DNA of 64,000 nt from Octopus vulgaris. Lineage: Eukaryota. A model generated the notes under the pieces. The model searched no databases. It was not told the origin of the DNA and saw only the letters and a program-made list of their open reading frames with translations. How positions within the stretch are numbered: the stretch's first letter is position 1; each line of letters begins with the position of its first letter. Made by a program: the position numbers and the translations under genes. Shown one piece after another: positions 40,054 through 53,433 of the stretch. Location of the stretch: the NCBI GenBank assembly GCA_951406725.2, contig OX597827.1, positions 66,774,001-66,838,000 of the forward strand, read 5' to 3'.

Positions 40054-40434
40054 TTAGTAGTGGCTTATATGTGTAAGGTTGTACCGATTGAACTATCGAA
40101 TTTTTTCTGGAGTTATGAGGACGGGGCCGAACCGAAAAAACAAGAGCATCTACAGTGTCACACACCTTATCACACACTTGTAACAATAATGAATTTGAGG
40201 ATTAATTGTGTTGATGTCGACTCTTAACCCAACTTAAACGTGCGCAACAATACGGATACGTATGGATGTATTTTTAATGATATTTCCAAAAACATTTAAA
40301 TCCTAATGCTCACCAGGGAAAATGCCTGTTCTCCGATGTGGGAGCACACAGTCGTGGATTACAGAGGATTATTTAAAATAGTAATGTAATGCAAAAGCCC
40401 TTGTATTATAACTGTATTTGGAAATGACGTTAAT

Positions 40435-40551
40435 TATTCACTTCCTGTCCACATGTGTGGTGAGGAACGGCGGGGTTGCGGTGGGACCGGCTAAGCCCGA
40501 CAAGCTAAGGAGAGTAATCTTACGGCAAAAAGAAATAATAATAATAATAAT

Positions 40552-40602
<51 letters not shown>

Positions 40603-40630
40603 AATAATAATAATAATTATTATCATTATC
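40435..40630 (+). mobile_element. Short GC-rich retro 3' end with (TAA)n(CAA)n(TAA)n tail
   Basis: About 95 bp of GC-rich sequence ending GGCAAAAAGAAA, then (TAA)n, similar in style to the end of the Dong element at 4577. Confidence 0.4.
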
Positions 40631-41183
40631 ATCTCATCTACTTCTGTGCAATGATTAGGAAGAGGATAGAAACTAGCGTAATGTTGGTACACCTTTAACA
40701 AAAAAACGGGGTTTCAAATAAGAAATAAAAGGGACCCAATATAAAATACCAATATTTGAGAAGAAGAAGAAGAAGAAGAAGAAGAAGAAGAAGAAGAAGA
40801 AAAAGAAGAAGAAGAAAAAGAAGAAGAAAAAGAAGCTATCTTAGTGATAAAATCAAGAATGGTTTATGTAAAGGTTTTGGCAATATAGGGGGAGTTTGAG
40901 GGTCAGCAGTTTGCGTGTATAAACGGGCGTACGAACAAACCAAATGTGGATTTTGTGGATTTTGTTTAGAAACAATAAGACAATGAAGTAGAATTTGATA
41001 GCGAAATTAGGGAAAGGGCAAAATAGGTAAAGAGTAATGAATTCCACGAATAGGCAAAATACAAAGGAAGATAAAGGGCGAAAAATAGACAAATCTGGGG
41101 AGACAAATCGTCTCTAAAAACTACAGGGTGGACCCTTGTGCAATATGGAAAATATATGCATCAGACACGTGAGAACACATATA

Positions 41184-41226
<43 letters not shown>

Positions 41227-41394
41227 GTTTGCGTTTTTGTGTGCGCAAGTGGGCGAGTGTGCGTGTTGGTGCTTGTGTGCGTATGTGAGTGCTCATGGGT
41301 TTGTGGTATGAGTGCGTGTCTGTGTGAGTGACTTTCTCTCGCCCTCGCTCTCTCTCTATATATACATCTCTCTCCATCTCTCTCTCACACACAA

Positions 41395-41425
<31 letters not shown>

Positions 41426-41464
41426 CGTATGTGTGTGTGTGTGTATGTATGTTTGTATATATGT

Positions 41465-42358
41465 GGATAGTACAGCCTCCTCAACCCAAAAAGGATTAAA
41501 AAGGAGGAAGGTGGGCAACAATAGTTGCCTGCCGAAGGATCCTAAGGCTTCGGGGGGGGGGGGGAAACTCCGGACAAAGTGGAAGAGCTCCACTCTCCCG
41601 AAATCAGGAAGAAACGAAAGAAAAGAAAGACGAGGAATGGATCATAGCAGTTGGGATATGATGTGCCATCTGCATGTCCCGAAGTTGTGCCACACACGGT
41701 AGAAGAAACGACCCCCACCCTTCAAGACGATGAATTAATTCTCTTTTCCTATAAGGGCGGGGAGGTGGAAAAAATCGTAGAAGAACATAAAGAGACAGTA
41801 GATATGACCTTCACATGGGATCCCGAATGTCCTCCGCAGATAGCTGTGGATGTCATAAGGTTTCACTTGTGGGAAAGGCTTAAAAGATTTGGGAAGGAGT
41901 GTCGCATATGGCCGGGTGGCTCTTGCACTGGAATGACTTACGTGTCCTACATGAGAGAGGCATGGGAAATGGCGGGATAAAAGAACTCAAGCGGCATTGA
42001 AGATAATGATGGATATATTGATGGATATATCGATGAGTAGGCGGTGAAAAAGCCTCGTTAGAGGGTTTCAAACCTCATTTTATTGTATTATTTGTAGTGG
42101 TTTATAACCTTAATTGTGGGTTTAAAAAACAAAACAAGTTAAGTAAGAGGTTTTAGTGCCTCCTTCTTGTAAGAGGGTTGAAAACTCATATTGATTTTTG
42201 AAAAAAAGGAAGTTTGTTTTCGAGAAAATCCAATCGGTGGGTGTTGGGTTTCGTCTCTCATTTATTCATTTTATTTCATTTGCATTCATTAATGTGTTTG
42301 TACAACCTGCAAAGTTACACAATCTTTGTACTGCCTTTATAGCAAATTCAATGAAATA
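41465..42358 (+). mobile_element. 3' part of a retroelement (K-rich region, unique ORF end at 41980, 3' UTR ending ATGAAATAAA) joined to SINE A at AAGTAGCTTGCTTAC
   Basis: ORF 41651-41980 has no RT or CCHC motif. The 3' terminus is similar to 20118-20154, and the SINE A body resumes at exactly the duplicated site. Confidence 0.65.
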
Positions 42359-42507
42359 AAGTAGCTTGCTTACCAACCACATATTTCCGGGTTTTGTCCC
42401 ACTGCGTGGCACCTTGGGCAAGTGTCTTCTACTATAGCCTCAGGCCGACCAAAGCCTTGCAAGTGGATTTGGTAGACGGAAACTAAAAGAAGCTAATCGT
42501 ATATATG

Positions 42508-42579
<72 letters not shown>

Positions 42580-42748
42580 TCTCCAACATCGCTTGACAAT
42601 CGATGCTGGTGTTTACGTCCCCGTAACTTAGCGATTCGGCAAAAGCGACCGATATAATAAGTACTAGGCTTACAGAGAATAAGTCCTGGGGTCGATGTCC
42701 TCGATTAAAGGCGGTGCTCCAGTATAGACACAGTCAAAAGAGTAAAGA
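42359..42748 (+). mobile_element. SINE family A lacking its first ~23 nt
   Basis: AAGTAGCTTGCTTACCAACCACAT..GGAAACTAAAAGAAGC..(TG)n..GGGGTCGAT..AAAGAGTAAAG. Confidence 0.9.
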
Positions 42749-43575
42749 TAGCAATAATCCTAAATGTAAGATTTCGAATTCAAATACTGTAGACGGTCTT
42801 GATTTTTTGCTTCTAATAACGAAACACATAATGCTCTAACCAATCACATATTGGTCACCATTCACTGCCACGTCTATTAAACAGACTTACCTTAATTAAA
42901 AATTAGTATTAACCAATTTACAGTTCTCCAGTATGTGTTTTATCTGTAACGTAAAGAATTATACTGATTTCTACATTTCTTTTGAGGAGACCACTTTGCT
43001 TTTAATTGTAGCCTTTTTAATACTATTTTGGTATTTATAATATGTCTGTAATGCATCATATTTTAAACAAAGTCTCCAAGAAGGAAACTTATTTTATAAA
43101 TCCTTAAAATTCTTTTAGTTAACACACTGGCAAAAACATCGTGTCTATAATAGACTTTGAAAACAATTCTTAATTGTAAAAGAAAAAAAAAACAGGCCTT
43201 GGATAATAAGCATACGAAAATAAGATGTAAAAAAAAAGAGGTAAATTTCTTTCGTTCATCGATTAAGTTAAGTTAGTAACTCGATTACACAACTGACAAT
43301 ACCAGCATTGCTTATGTAGCCATCGGAAATTATTCACATTTACTTTCTCTTTTATTATTGAATTCTTTTTTTTTTTGTTCTTGTACATTCCATTCTTTTT
43401 TATTTCCTACACCAGTCTCCCAAATCTGTTTTTGCATGTCTTACCAATCAATGGATACTTTCAAACATAGTATTGAACACTTATTTTTAAAGTTGTAGTA
43501 ATTCCAATTTGTCACTGTTGTCTATCTATATATCTATCTATCTATCTATCAATCTATCTATCTATCTATCTATCT

Positions 43576-43623
<48 letters not shown>

Positions 43624-43795
43624 GCAAACATAGAGATACAGATAATGAGTGAAAGAGAACAGATAACCGATAGTATAAGTAAAATGGATAAAACTATATA
43701 ATTGGAAATTTAATGAGAAAATTAAACGGTTGAACATATACAATAGTTGTAAAAAGAAATCTAACATCTTTTCCTTTACACAGATATATACACAG

Positions 43796-43864
<69 letters not shown>

Positions 43865-44026
43865 TGTATACGTATGTATAAGCAGGAGGACACAAATGAA
43901 CTGAAAATCCTTTTTTTATACTTTTATTCTTGCTACGTAAGTTGTATCAATCCTCTAGGCACAGAGACACTAGTGAGTACATGAAAATGTAAATATATAC
44001 ATCGATCCATGCATATACTTTATTGT

Positions 44027-44076
<50 letters not shown>

Positions 44077-44679
44077 GTATCTGTAGTATTTATGGAGATG
44101 TCTTTAAAAAATATAATTATACAGTAACAATGGTGTAGAAAATAATCGTTTAGTTATTTTCTACGTGGTATACTATTATCTAGTTAAAACACGAATTAAC
44201 AAACAGACCTACCCTAATACGCACCCGGCACACATAAAAAAACAGCACAGAAAGAAAACAGGAGCTCATGCAAGGACTGTTTATGCTGTCAATGTTAACA
44301 GAATTGGAACAACATTTAGTTAGAATGCTGGCAGACTAGTTACTACTCGGCGCAAAACTTTTCGCGGCATGTCACACGGTTTTTACATTCTGAGTTCAAT
44401 TGACTTAGCATTGCACAGAAACAGTTGAGCATTAGGTTCGATTATCGATTTATCCCCTCCCCCGAAATTGCTGCATTTATCCTAAAATCTGAAATCGATA
44501 TTATTATAATTTGAAAAATACTTAGCTGGTGAACTGGCAATATCGTTAGCACCCCGGGCCAAATACATAGCGATATTAGTCCATCTTTACGCCTTGAGAT
44601 AAAATTTCGCCTTGGCCGACCTTACCTTTCATTTTTTTCTGGTCGATAAATTAATTACCATTTGAGGGCTGGATTCCCT

Positions 44680-44927
44680 TCGAGGTACGTGGGTTAGAGC
44701 ACTGAAGTCATCATCATAAGATTGTGGTTTTGATTCCTGGACCGGGGTGAAACGTTGTGTTCTTATGCAAACCATTTCATTTCATGTTGCCCCAGTCCAC
44801 TCAGCTGTCGAAAATGAGTAATGCTGCAAAAGACTAGCATCCCGTTCAGGTGGGGCATTTATACAGCATGGAAACCGGGACACTGGCCCTTATTTGTCCG
44901 TATGTCTCGAGAACGTAAATTACCTTG
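44680..44927 (+). mobile_element. tRNA-headed SINE, family E
   Basis: GGTTAGAGCA..GGTTTTGATTCC head, CCAGTCCACTCAGCTG..AAATGAGTA central block and GACTAGCATCCCGTTCAGG, all typical of conserved-domain SINEs. Confidence 0.6.
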
Positions 44928-45959
44928 TAATTCTCTATACTGGAGTCCATGTTATTAACTTAGGGATCTTTTCACTTTCATCGAGAATGAGAAAATGAGA
45001 TCGAGAAATTAACTTTTTTGTAATTAAACACTTTCAAACTTCGTATACTGGTAGAATGTGTCATATAAAACATCCTTTAAACTTTGTGTTATTGAGAAAA
45101 GTTTCTATTTACGATGTTATTTCGTGTTAAAGTTGTCGTATTTCGGTAATTTCAACCAATCAATGACGTGTATTCAGCTGAATACAATTACTGCCGTTGT
45201 TAATAAGATGCACCCCAGAATTAAAAGATTAATTTAGATTCACGAGCAGGCTGTTCCATTGCTCGGATCAACTGGAACCCTGGTCGTCGTAACCGACGGA
45301 ATGCCAGTCATCTGAAATAGAAGGAATTACTGTAGATATGTTGCCATATTTGTCGGAGTAAGATGGGCCAACAGTTTTCAACAATAGTTAGGTATGTTTT
45401 ACACAAATTTCTAGTGTCTCGTTTTAACTGTGTTTTAGTTTGCTAAACTCAATCCATCAGTTTCCTGTGATTATTTGTGATAGAGCTTCAATTTAGATTA
45501 CAAGTATGTGAATGATGAAAGTGTTCTATTACCTTAACTGCTCATGATTTGTGTTGATCCGCTTGCCTTCTTATTATGTTCCTCTTCCTTTATTGGTTGT
45601 GACTATTTTAAAGTTTTCAATAGTGTTGGTATGGGCGTGGAATTGTTTGAAGAACTCCCTACTGTCACTCTGAACTAGAAATCTTTCAGCTTGCTGTAAA
45701 AGTTTCTCTCTCTCTCTCTCTCTGCTTTTTTATTCTTTTCCAGATTTTGCCGTATGATTCACGTGCTACAATCGAACGGACATTTGCAGGGGAGGAATAG
45801 TTTTGTGCCTATGTGTGTAAATGTGTGTGCGCGTGTGTATGTGTATGTACGTATGCATACATGTAAATATATATACGTATGTATGTATATACGTAAGTAT
45901 GTTTACATGTATATCTATCTATGTATCTGCATAGCCACCGCTCTATATATACATACATA

Positions 45960-46010
<51 letters not shown>

Positions 46011-46013
46011 GTA

Positions 46014-46085
<72 letters not shown>

Positions 46086-46781
46086 AGTATATATATATAA
46101 GTATGTATACGAATATATATATATATATATACATCTCTGTTGGCGATTATGTTTTATAAACAGAGTAATTGCGCTTAGTAATTTAGTATCTCGCCTTATA
46201 TAGGCAGAATAATGTATCACATTCATTTCAACCACTACTACTTAAACGTTTTAATGAAAGAAAAACATCAAGGGAAAACTTGATAAAAAGAATCAGATGA
46301 AAAATTTATTTTATTTAATGTTCAGTAAGCATTTATTTCTCATGACGAGACATATTGCTTCAGGTCAGAGAAATGGCCTGACTACACATCCGCGTAATAA
46401 ACTACTAGACGACTTTGAAAATAAACTTTTTCAAAAGATTAGAAAGCTGATGCATATATCTTTAGAGCGCTTATAAATTTCTATGAGTACTTCTGAAGTT
46501 TTTAAAATGCTTCTTGGAAAATGTTTGTACATGTCTGAAGAAAATAAATTGCTATGAAATTGGAAATTTCCCAGGATTTATGCTTGTTTTCAATCTCGTT
46601 AGATATACATTCTGAAAGCAGACACTTATTTTGAATTACTAAAAACACTCATGCATTACCAAATGAATTTAAAGTCAATTATGTTTAGAACTCCGTAAAC
46701 TCCATATAACATTAAACTGACATAAAGATAAAGTTTCTGCGAGCCCCACATTTAGGTTTGGTAATCCATTAAAAAGGTAAA

Positions 46782-47350
46782 TATTGGGTTGTTCAGAAAG
46801 TCCGTGCCGATTTATAGTAGCTTGCCATTCGTCTTATTTTAGAACATGGTTGAGTCCATGAAATAGGGTTTGACTACACCTCAATTTAGAGCACAGTTTA
46901 AGCTATAATTCTGTGGAAGAAGGTTTATGTTCCTATAACCTGTATTAATTCTGTAACCCTTTAAAATGGAAGATAAGAAAGTTTATTTTCAGCGCTTGAT
47001 GCTTTGGGAACCAGACAGAAATTGCTTCAGCTCGGCTGGGATGTGTTATCCGATCCTCCATATTCACTAGATATTGCTCCTTCGGATTTCCACTTATTCA
47101 GGTCTCTGCAGAATAGTCTTAAGGGTAAAATTTCAATTCCTTGGATGACGTAAAAGAATACCTTGATGAATTCTTTGCCCTGAAACCAACTCAATTCTGG
47201 GAAGAGGGTATTTTCAAGTTAAAGGGAAGATGGAGACGCATTGTGCAACAAAATGGTTCATGTTTGGTTGATTAAAAATGTAATGGCAAGTACTTATTAA
47301 CCTTTTTCTTTCCTTTAAAAATCGGCACGAACTTCCCGGACAACGCAATA
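46782..47350 (+). mobile_element. Internally deleted mariner element
   Basis: Imperfect ~30-bp TIRs (TA-TTGGGTTGTTCAGAAAGTCCGTGCCGATTT / AAATCGGCACGAACTTCCCGGACAACGCAA-TA). ATG 46966 MEDKKVYFQRLMLWE is joined to TRQKLLQLGWDVLSDPPYSLDIAPSDFHLFRSLQNSL (YSPDLAPSD motif). Confidence 0.92.
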
Positions 47351-49326
47351 ATATTATAACATGTAGAAAATGTCCACATGATTATCTTGAAAACTGTGGC
47401 GTCCTTTCGTTCGCTTTTAGGTTCTGAGTTCAAATTTTGCCGACATCAAGTTTGTCTGTCACGATTTTCGAGTCAGTGAAATAAGTACCAGTTGAGCGTT
47501 GGGGTTGACGTAATCATTTAACTCCCCCTTCTAAATTTCACGCTTTGTTTCAATATTAATAAGGATTATCCTGACAACTACTCCCATTACATTTTTATCC
47601 TTATGGAAGATATCGCAAATCTACATAAATGGTTTAACGATACAGACAAGAACTATAGATCCTAATTTACTTAAACTGATCAAATATTTCCACATTCAAA
47701 AGCACCACTTTTTGAAGTGCTCGAAATTAATTTTGTCTCGCACTCTAGAAATTCTAGAAATTATTTGTTGTTTTCTAAATACGTCTTTGGCCAAATAGTT
47801 TTGTGCTTGAAATGCTTGAGAGATACTTTATTAAATTATTTGAAATGATTAACGCATCAATGTTAATTAGAATCCACTGAGTACTTTAAAACAGTATGTT
47901 AGAATTGAGTAAATATAAGGTAAATGATAAAATCCTTCATAGTCATATTGCCTATAATCAATAAATTATTTACACGTGGACTGTCTCACACATTCAACAT
48001 ATTCAAGAATTAAGGTTCTTTTTTTCCTGCGTTCGTGTTACTGTATCTTTTTCAAAACGTAATAATTTCTACTAGAATATGAAATACGTCTTAGCTGCTT
48101 ACATCTCTGTTAAAAAGGATTTCTCTTAATCAGCTATTCATTTCAGTCGTTCATCCTTCCAGAGAAAGAGTATCAAATGTGTGACAGGTACTGTGAGACT
48201 ACCTACAAGAACTGCATGAAAGTTAAATAGAGACCAACTAAAATGCATGAGAGTGAAATCCCAGGAGATAAAACAGAAGTAATACACTTCCAGCAGAAAT
48301 TGAAACCTAAGGCAATTGCATTAACATATATTCATGATCACATAGTGGAATCTGTCTCAGCAAAGATTCCGAATATTTCTCCAATAGGAATTTGAAAGAC
48401 TAAGGTGAACGCTAATCATTTAGGTTTGCCTGAAGACACAATTAAAAGTAGTTAAATACAACATTTGTCTTCAGAGAGACGTAAAAATAATTAATATCAC
48501 TTTTCATAATGAAATATATGAGCATTCACTCTGGTATCTCAAAAACTGAGATAATGCAGTCAATGTTCGATTATGCTAAACAATGATTTTATGATTATAT
48601 ATTATGTAAATGGTGTATACGTCAGAAATATTTAATATTCATATCGCTATTCCATATATTATGTTCTAGGGATGCGCAAAATTCAAAATACCGTAACACA
48701 AATATCTACATATAATGGAAATTTATTCTACAGAATTATTGAATACGTTTTTCCATACGTGTAATTTCCTTGAAACATTTGGAAATTATTTGAAATGAAG
48801 TCAATATTATCTGAATATTTAGAGTTCACTTTGTTTTGTCGTTTGATTTTTGCAGATAATAATATTGTAGTAAGTGCTGACTAGTTGTAACGCGTGTACT
48901 GTAAAGAATTATGTATATCTCTGTTTGTCTTTTCACCGATAACGCAGTGCTTTACTCATCACGTCGTTTGAGTGTATTCTATTTATTATTGTGTTTCAAT
49001 TTTTTAGAGCTTTGACGTATAAATAAATTAAATCATTACTTTCTGTAGTGTATATGTTATACATGCATATTTCCATTCTTCTGATTTTAGTCACGAGACG
49101 AGCAGACACCCATAGTTATTGATTTCCAACTAGCGAGGAGTACCAGAGATGCCAACTTGCTAGTGAGAAAGTGCTGCACGAAAATTATATAGCTAGAAGT
49201 AATCTATTTTTCATGGCATTCGATGGTCTAAAGAAAGTTTTCCACCGAGACCCTAAACCCTATCTTCTGATGGTCTCTAAATATATTATGAGCAGACAAA
49301 TGCTTTGATATAGTCGTAAAAGCCAT

Positions 49327-52300
49327 GTGCCGAAAGAGGTCAAAGAGGGTGCATACAGAGATCAAAGAGGGTGCCGAAAGAGATCAAAGAGGGTGCCGAC
49401 AGAGATCAAAGGGGGTGCCGACAGAGATCAAAGGGGGTTCCCCACAGAGATCAAAGGGGGTTCCCCACAGAGATCAAAGAAGGGTGTCGACATAGATCAA
49501 AGAGGGGTGCCGACAGAGATCAAATAGGGTGCCGACAGGGATCAAAGAGGGGTGCCGACAAAGATCAAAGAGGGGTGCCGACAGAGATCAAAGGGGGTGC
49601 CGACAGAGGTCAAAGAGGGTTCAGACAGAGATCAAAGAGGGTGCCGACAGAGATCAAAGAGGGTGTCGACAGGGATCAAATAGCTTCTTTGATCTCTGTC
49701 GACACCCTCTTTGATCTCTGTCGGCACCTCTCTTTGATCTCTGTCGGCACCCCTCTTTGATCTCTGTGGGGAACCCCCTTTGATCTCTGTGGGGAACCCC
49801 CTTTGATCTCTGTCGGCACCCCTCTTTGATCTCTGTCGGCATCCCTCTTTGATCTCTGTCGGCACCCCCTTTGATCTCTGTCGACACCCCCTTTGATCTC
49901 TGTCGGCACCCCTCTTTGATCCCTGTCGGCACCTCTATTTGATCTCTGTCGGCACACCCTTTGATCTATGTCGGCAACCCTCTTTGATCTATATCTGCAC
50001 CCCCTTTGATCTCTGTCGGCGCCCCTCTTTGATCTATGTCGGCACCCTCTTTGATCTCTGTGGGGAACCCCTTGATCTCTGTCGGCACCCCTCTTAGATC
50101 TTTGTCGGCACCCTCTTTGATCCCTGTCGGCACCCTCTTTGATCTCTGTTGGCACCCTTCTTTGAGCTCTGTGGGGAACCCCATTTGATCTCTGTCGGCA
50201 CCCTTCTTTGATCTCTGTGGAGAACCCCCTCTGATCTCTGTCGGCACCCCTCTTTGATCCCTGTCGGCACCTCTCTTTGTTCTCTGTCGGCACCCCCTTT
50301 GATCTATGTCGGCACCCCTCTTTGATCTATGTCGACACCCCTCTTTGATCCCTGTCGGTACGCCCTTTGATCTCTGTCGGCACCCTTCTTTGATCTCTGT
50401 GGGGAACCCCTTTGATCTATGTCGGCACCCCTCTTTGATCTATGTCTGCACCCCCTTTGATCTCTGTCGGCGCCCCTCTTTGATCTCTGTGGGGAACCCC
50501 CTTTGATCTCTGTGGGGAACCCCCTTTGATCTCTGTCGGCACCCCTCTTTGATCTCTGTCGGCATCCCTCTTTGATCTCTGTCGGTACCCCCTTTGATCT
50601 CTGTCGACACCCCCTTTGATCTCTGTCGGCACCCCTCTTTGATCCCTGTCGGCACCTCTATTTGATCTCTGTCGGCACACCCTTTGATCTATGTCGGCAA
50701 CCCTCTTTGATCTATATCTGCACCCCCTTTGATCTCTGTCGGCGCCCCTCTTTGATCTATGTCGGCACCCTCTTTGATATCTGTGGGGAACCCCCTTGAT
50801 CTCTGTCGGCACCCCTCTTAGATCTTTGTCGGCACCCTCTTTGATCCCTGTCGGCACCCTCTTTGATCTCTGTTGGCACCCTTCTTTGAGCTCTGTGGGG
50901 AACCCCATTTGATCTCTGTCGGCACCCTTCTTTGATCTCTGTGGAGAACCCCCTCTGATCTCTGTCGGCACCCCTCTTTGATCCCTGTCGGCACCTCTCT
51001 TTGTTCTCTGTCGGCACCCCCTTTGATCTATGTCGGCACCCCTCTTTGATCTATGTCGACACCCCTCTTTGATCCCTGTCGGTACGCCCTTTGATCTCTG
51101 TCGGCACCCTTCTTTGATCTCTGTGGGAACCCCCTTTGATCTATGTCGGCACCCCTCTTTGATCTATGTCTGCACCCCCTTTGATCTCTGTCGGCGCCCC
51201 TCTTTGATCTCTGTGGGGAACCCCCTTTGATCTCTGTGGGGAACCCCCTTTGATCTCTGTCGGCACCCTTCTTTGATCTCTGTGGAGAACCCCCTCTGAT
51301 CTCTGTCGGCACCCCTCTTTGATCCCTGTCGGCACCTCTCTTTGTTCTCTGTCGGCACCCCCTTTGATCTATGTCGGCACCCCTCTTTGATCTATGTCGA
51401 CACCCTCTTTGATCCCTGTCGGTACGCCCTTTGATCTCTGTCGGCACCCTTCTTTGATCTCTGTGGGAACCCCCTTTGATCTATGTCGGCACCCCTCTTT
51501 GATCTATGTCTGCACCCCCTTTGATCTCTGTCGGCGCCCCTCTTTGATCTCTATGGGGAACCCCCTTTGATCTCTGTGGGGAACCCCCTTTGATCTCTGT
51601 CGGCAACCCTCTTTGATCTCTGTCGGCATCCCTCTTTGATCTCTGTCGGCACCCCCTTTGATCTCTGTCGACACCCCCTTTGATCTCTGTCGGCACCCCT
51701 CTTTGATCCCTGTCGGCACCTCTATTTGATCTCTGTCGGCACACCCTTTGATCTATGTCGGCAACCCTCTTTGATCTATATCTGCACCCCTTTGATCTCT
51801 GTCGGCGCCCCTCTTTGATCTATGTCGGCACCCTCTTTGATCTCTGTGGGGAACCCCTTGATCTCTGTCGGCACCCCTCTTAGATCTTTGTCGGCACCCT
51901 CTTTGATCCCTGTCGGCACCCTCTTTGATCTCTGTTGGCACCCTTCTTTGAGCTCTGTGGGGAACCCCATTTGATCTCTGTCGGCACCCCCTTTGATCTC
52001 TGTCGACACCCCCTTTGATCTATGTCGGCAACCCTCTTTGATCTATATCTGCACCCCCTTTGATCTCTGTCGGCGCCCCTCTTTGATCTATGTCGGCACC
52101 CTCTTTGATCTCTGTGGGGAACCCCCTTGATCTCTGTCGGCACCCCTCTTAGATCTTTGTCGGCACCCTCTTTGATCCCTGTCGGCACCCTCTTTGATCT
52201 CTGTTGGCACCCTTCTTTGAGCTCTGTGGGGAACCCCATTTGATCTCTGTCGGCACCCTTCTTTGATCTCTGTGGAGAACCCCTCTGATCTCTGTCGGCA

Positions 52301-53433
52301 CCCCTCTTTGATCCCTGTCGGCACCTCTCTTTGTTCTCTGTCGGCACCCCCTTTGATCTATGTCGGCACCCCTCTTTGATCTATGTCGACACCCCTCTTT
52401 GATCCCTGTCGGTACGCCCTTTGATCTCTGTCGGCACCCTTCTTTGATCTCTGTGGGAACCCCCTTTGATCTATGTCGGCACCCCTCTTTGATCTATGTC
52501 TGCACCCCCTTTGATCTCTGTCGGCACCCTCTTTGATCTCTGTCGACACCTCACTTTAATCTCTGTCGGTACCCCCTTTGATCTCTGTCGGCACCCTTCT
52601 TTGATCTCTGTCGGCACCCTTCTTTGATCTCTGTGGGAACCCCCTTTGATCTCTGTCGGCAACCCTCTTTGATCTCTGTCGGTTCCCCTTTGATCTCTGT
52701 CGGCATCCTCTTTGATCTCTGTCGGCACCCCTCTTTGATCTCTGTCGGTACCCTATTTTAACCCCGTCGGCTCCCTCGTTGATCTATGTCGGCACCATCT
52801 TTGATGTATGTCCTCACCCCCTTTGATATCTGTCGGCACCCTCTTTGATCTCTGTCGGCACCACTCTTTGATCTCTGTCGGCACCCTCTTTCATCTCTGT
52901 CGGCACCCCCTTTGATCTCTGTCGACACCCCCTTTGATCTCTGTCGGCACCCCTCTTTGATCCCTGTCGGCACCTCTCTTTGTTCTCTGTCGGCACCCCC
53001 TTTGATCCCTGTCGGCACCTCTCTCTGTTCTCTGTCGGCACACCCTTTGATCTATATCGGCACCCCTCTTCGATCTATGTCGACACCCCACTTTAATCTC
53101 TGTCGGTACCCCCTTTGATCTCTGTCGGCACCCTTCTTTGATCTCTTTGGTAACCCCCTTTGATCTCTGTCGGCAACCCTCTTTGATCTCTGTCGGCACC
53201 CCTTTTATCTCTGTCGGCATCCTCTTTGATCTCAGTCGGCACCCCTCTTTGATCTCTGTCGGTACCCTATTTTATCCCCATCGGCACCCTCGTTGTTCTA
53301 TGTCGGCACCATCTTTGATCTATGTCCTCACCCCCTTTGATATCTATCGGCACCCTCTTTGATCTCTGTCGGCACCATATTTGATATCCGTCGGCACCCT
53401 CTTTGATCTCAGAGAGGATGCCGACAGAGATCT
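49327..53433. repeat. Satellite array of 22-23-bp monomers (TTTGATCTCTGTCGGCACCCC(T)C), roughly 180 units, with higher-order structure and inversions
   Basis: 49327-49680 runs in the opposite orientation to 49688-53410. A variant monomer TTTGATCTCTGTGGGGAACCCCC is interspersed, and marker variants recur at 724-bp spacing. Confidence 0.97.

Noticed and set aside
49327-53433. CRISPR-like array or repeat-protein gene (ORFs MPTEIKEG.., up to 205 aa)
   Set aside because: Monomers are contiguous with no unique spacers and there are no cas genes. The 22/23-bp units shift frame constantly, so the ORFs are satellite read-through.
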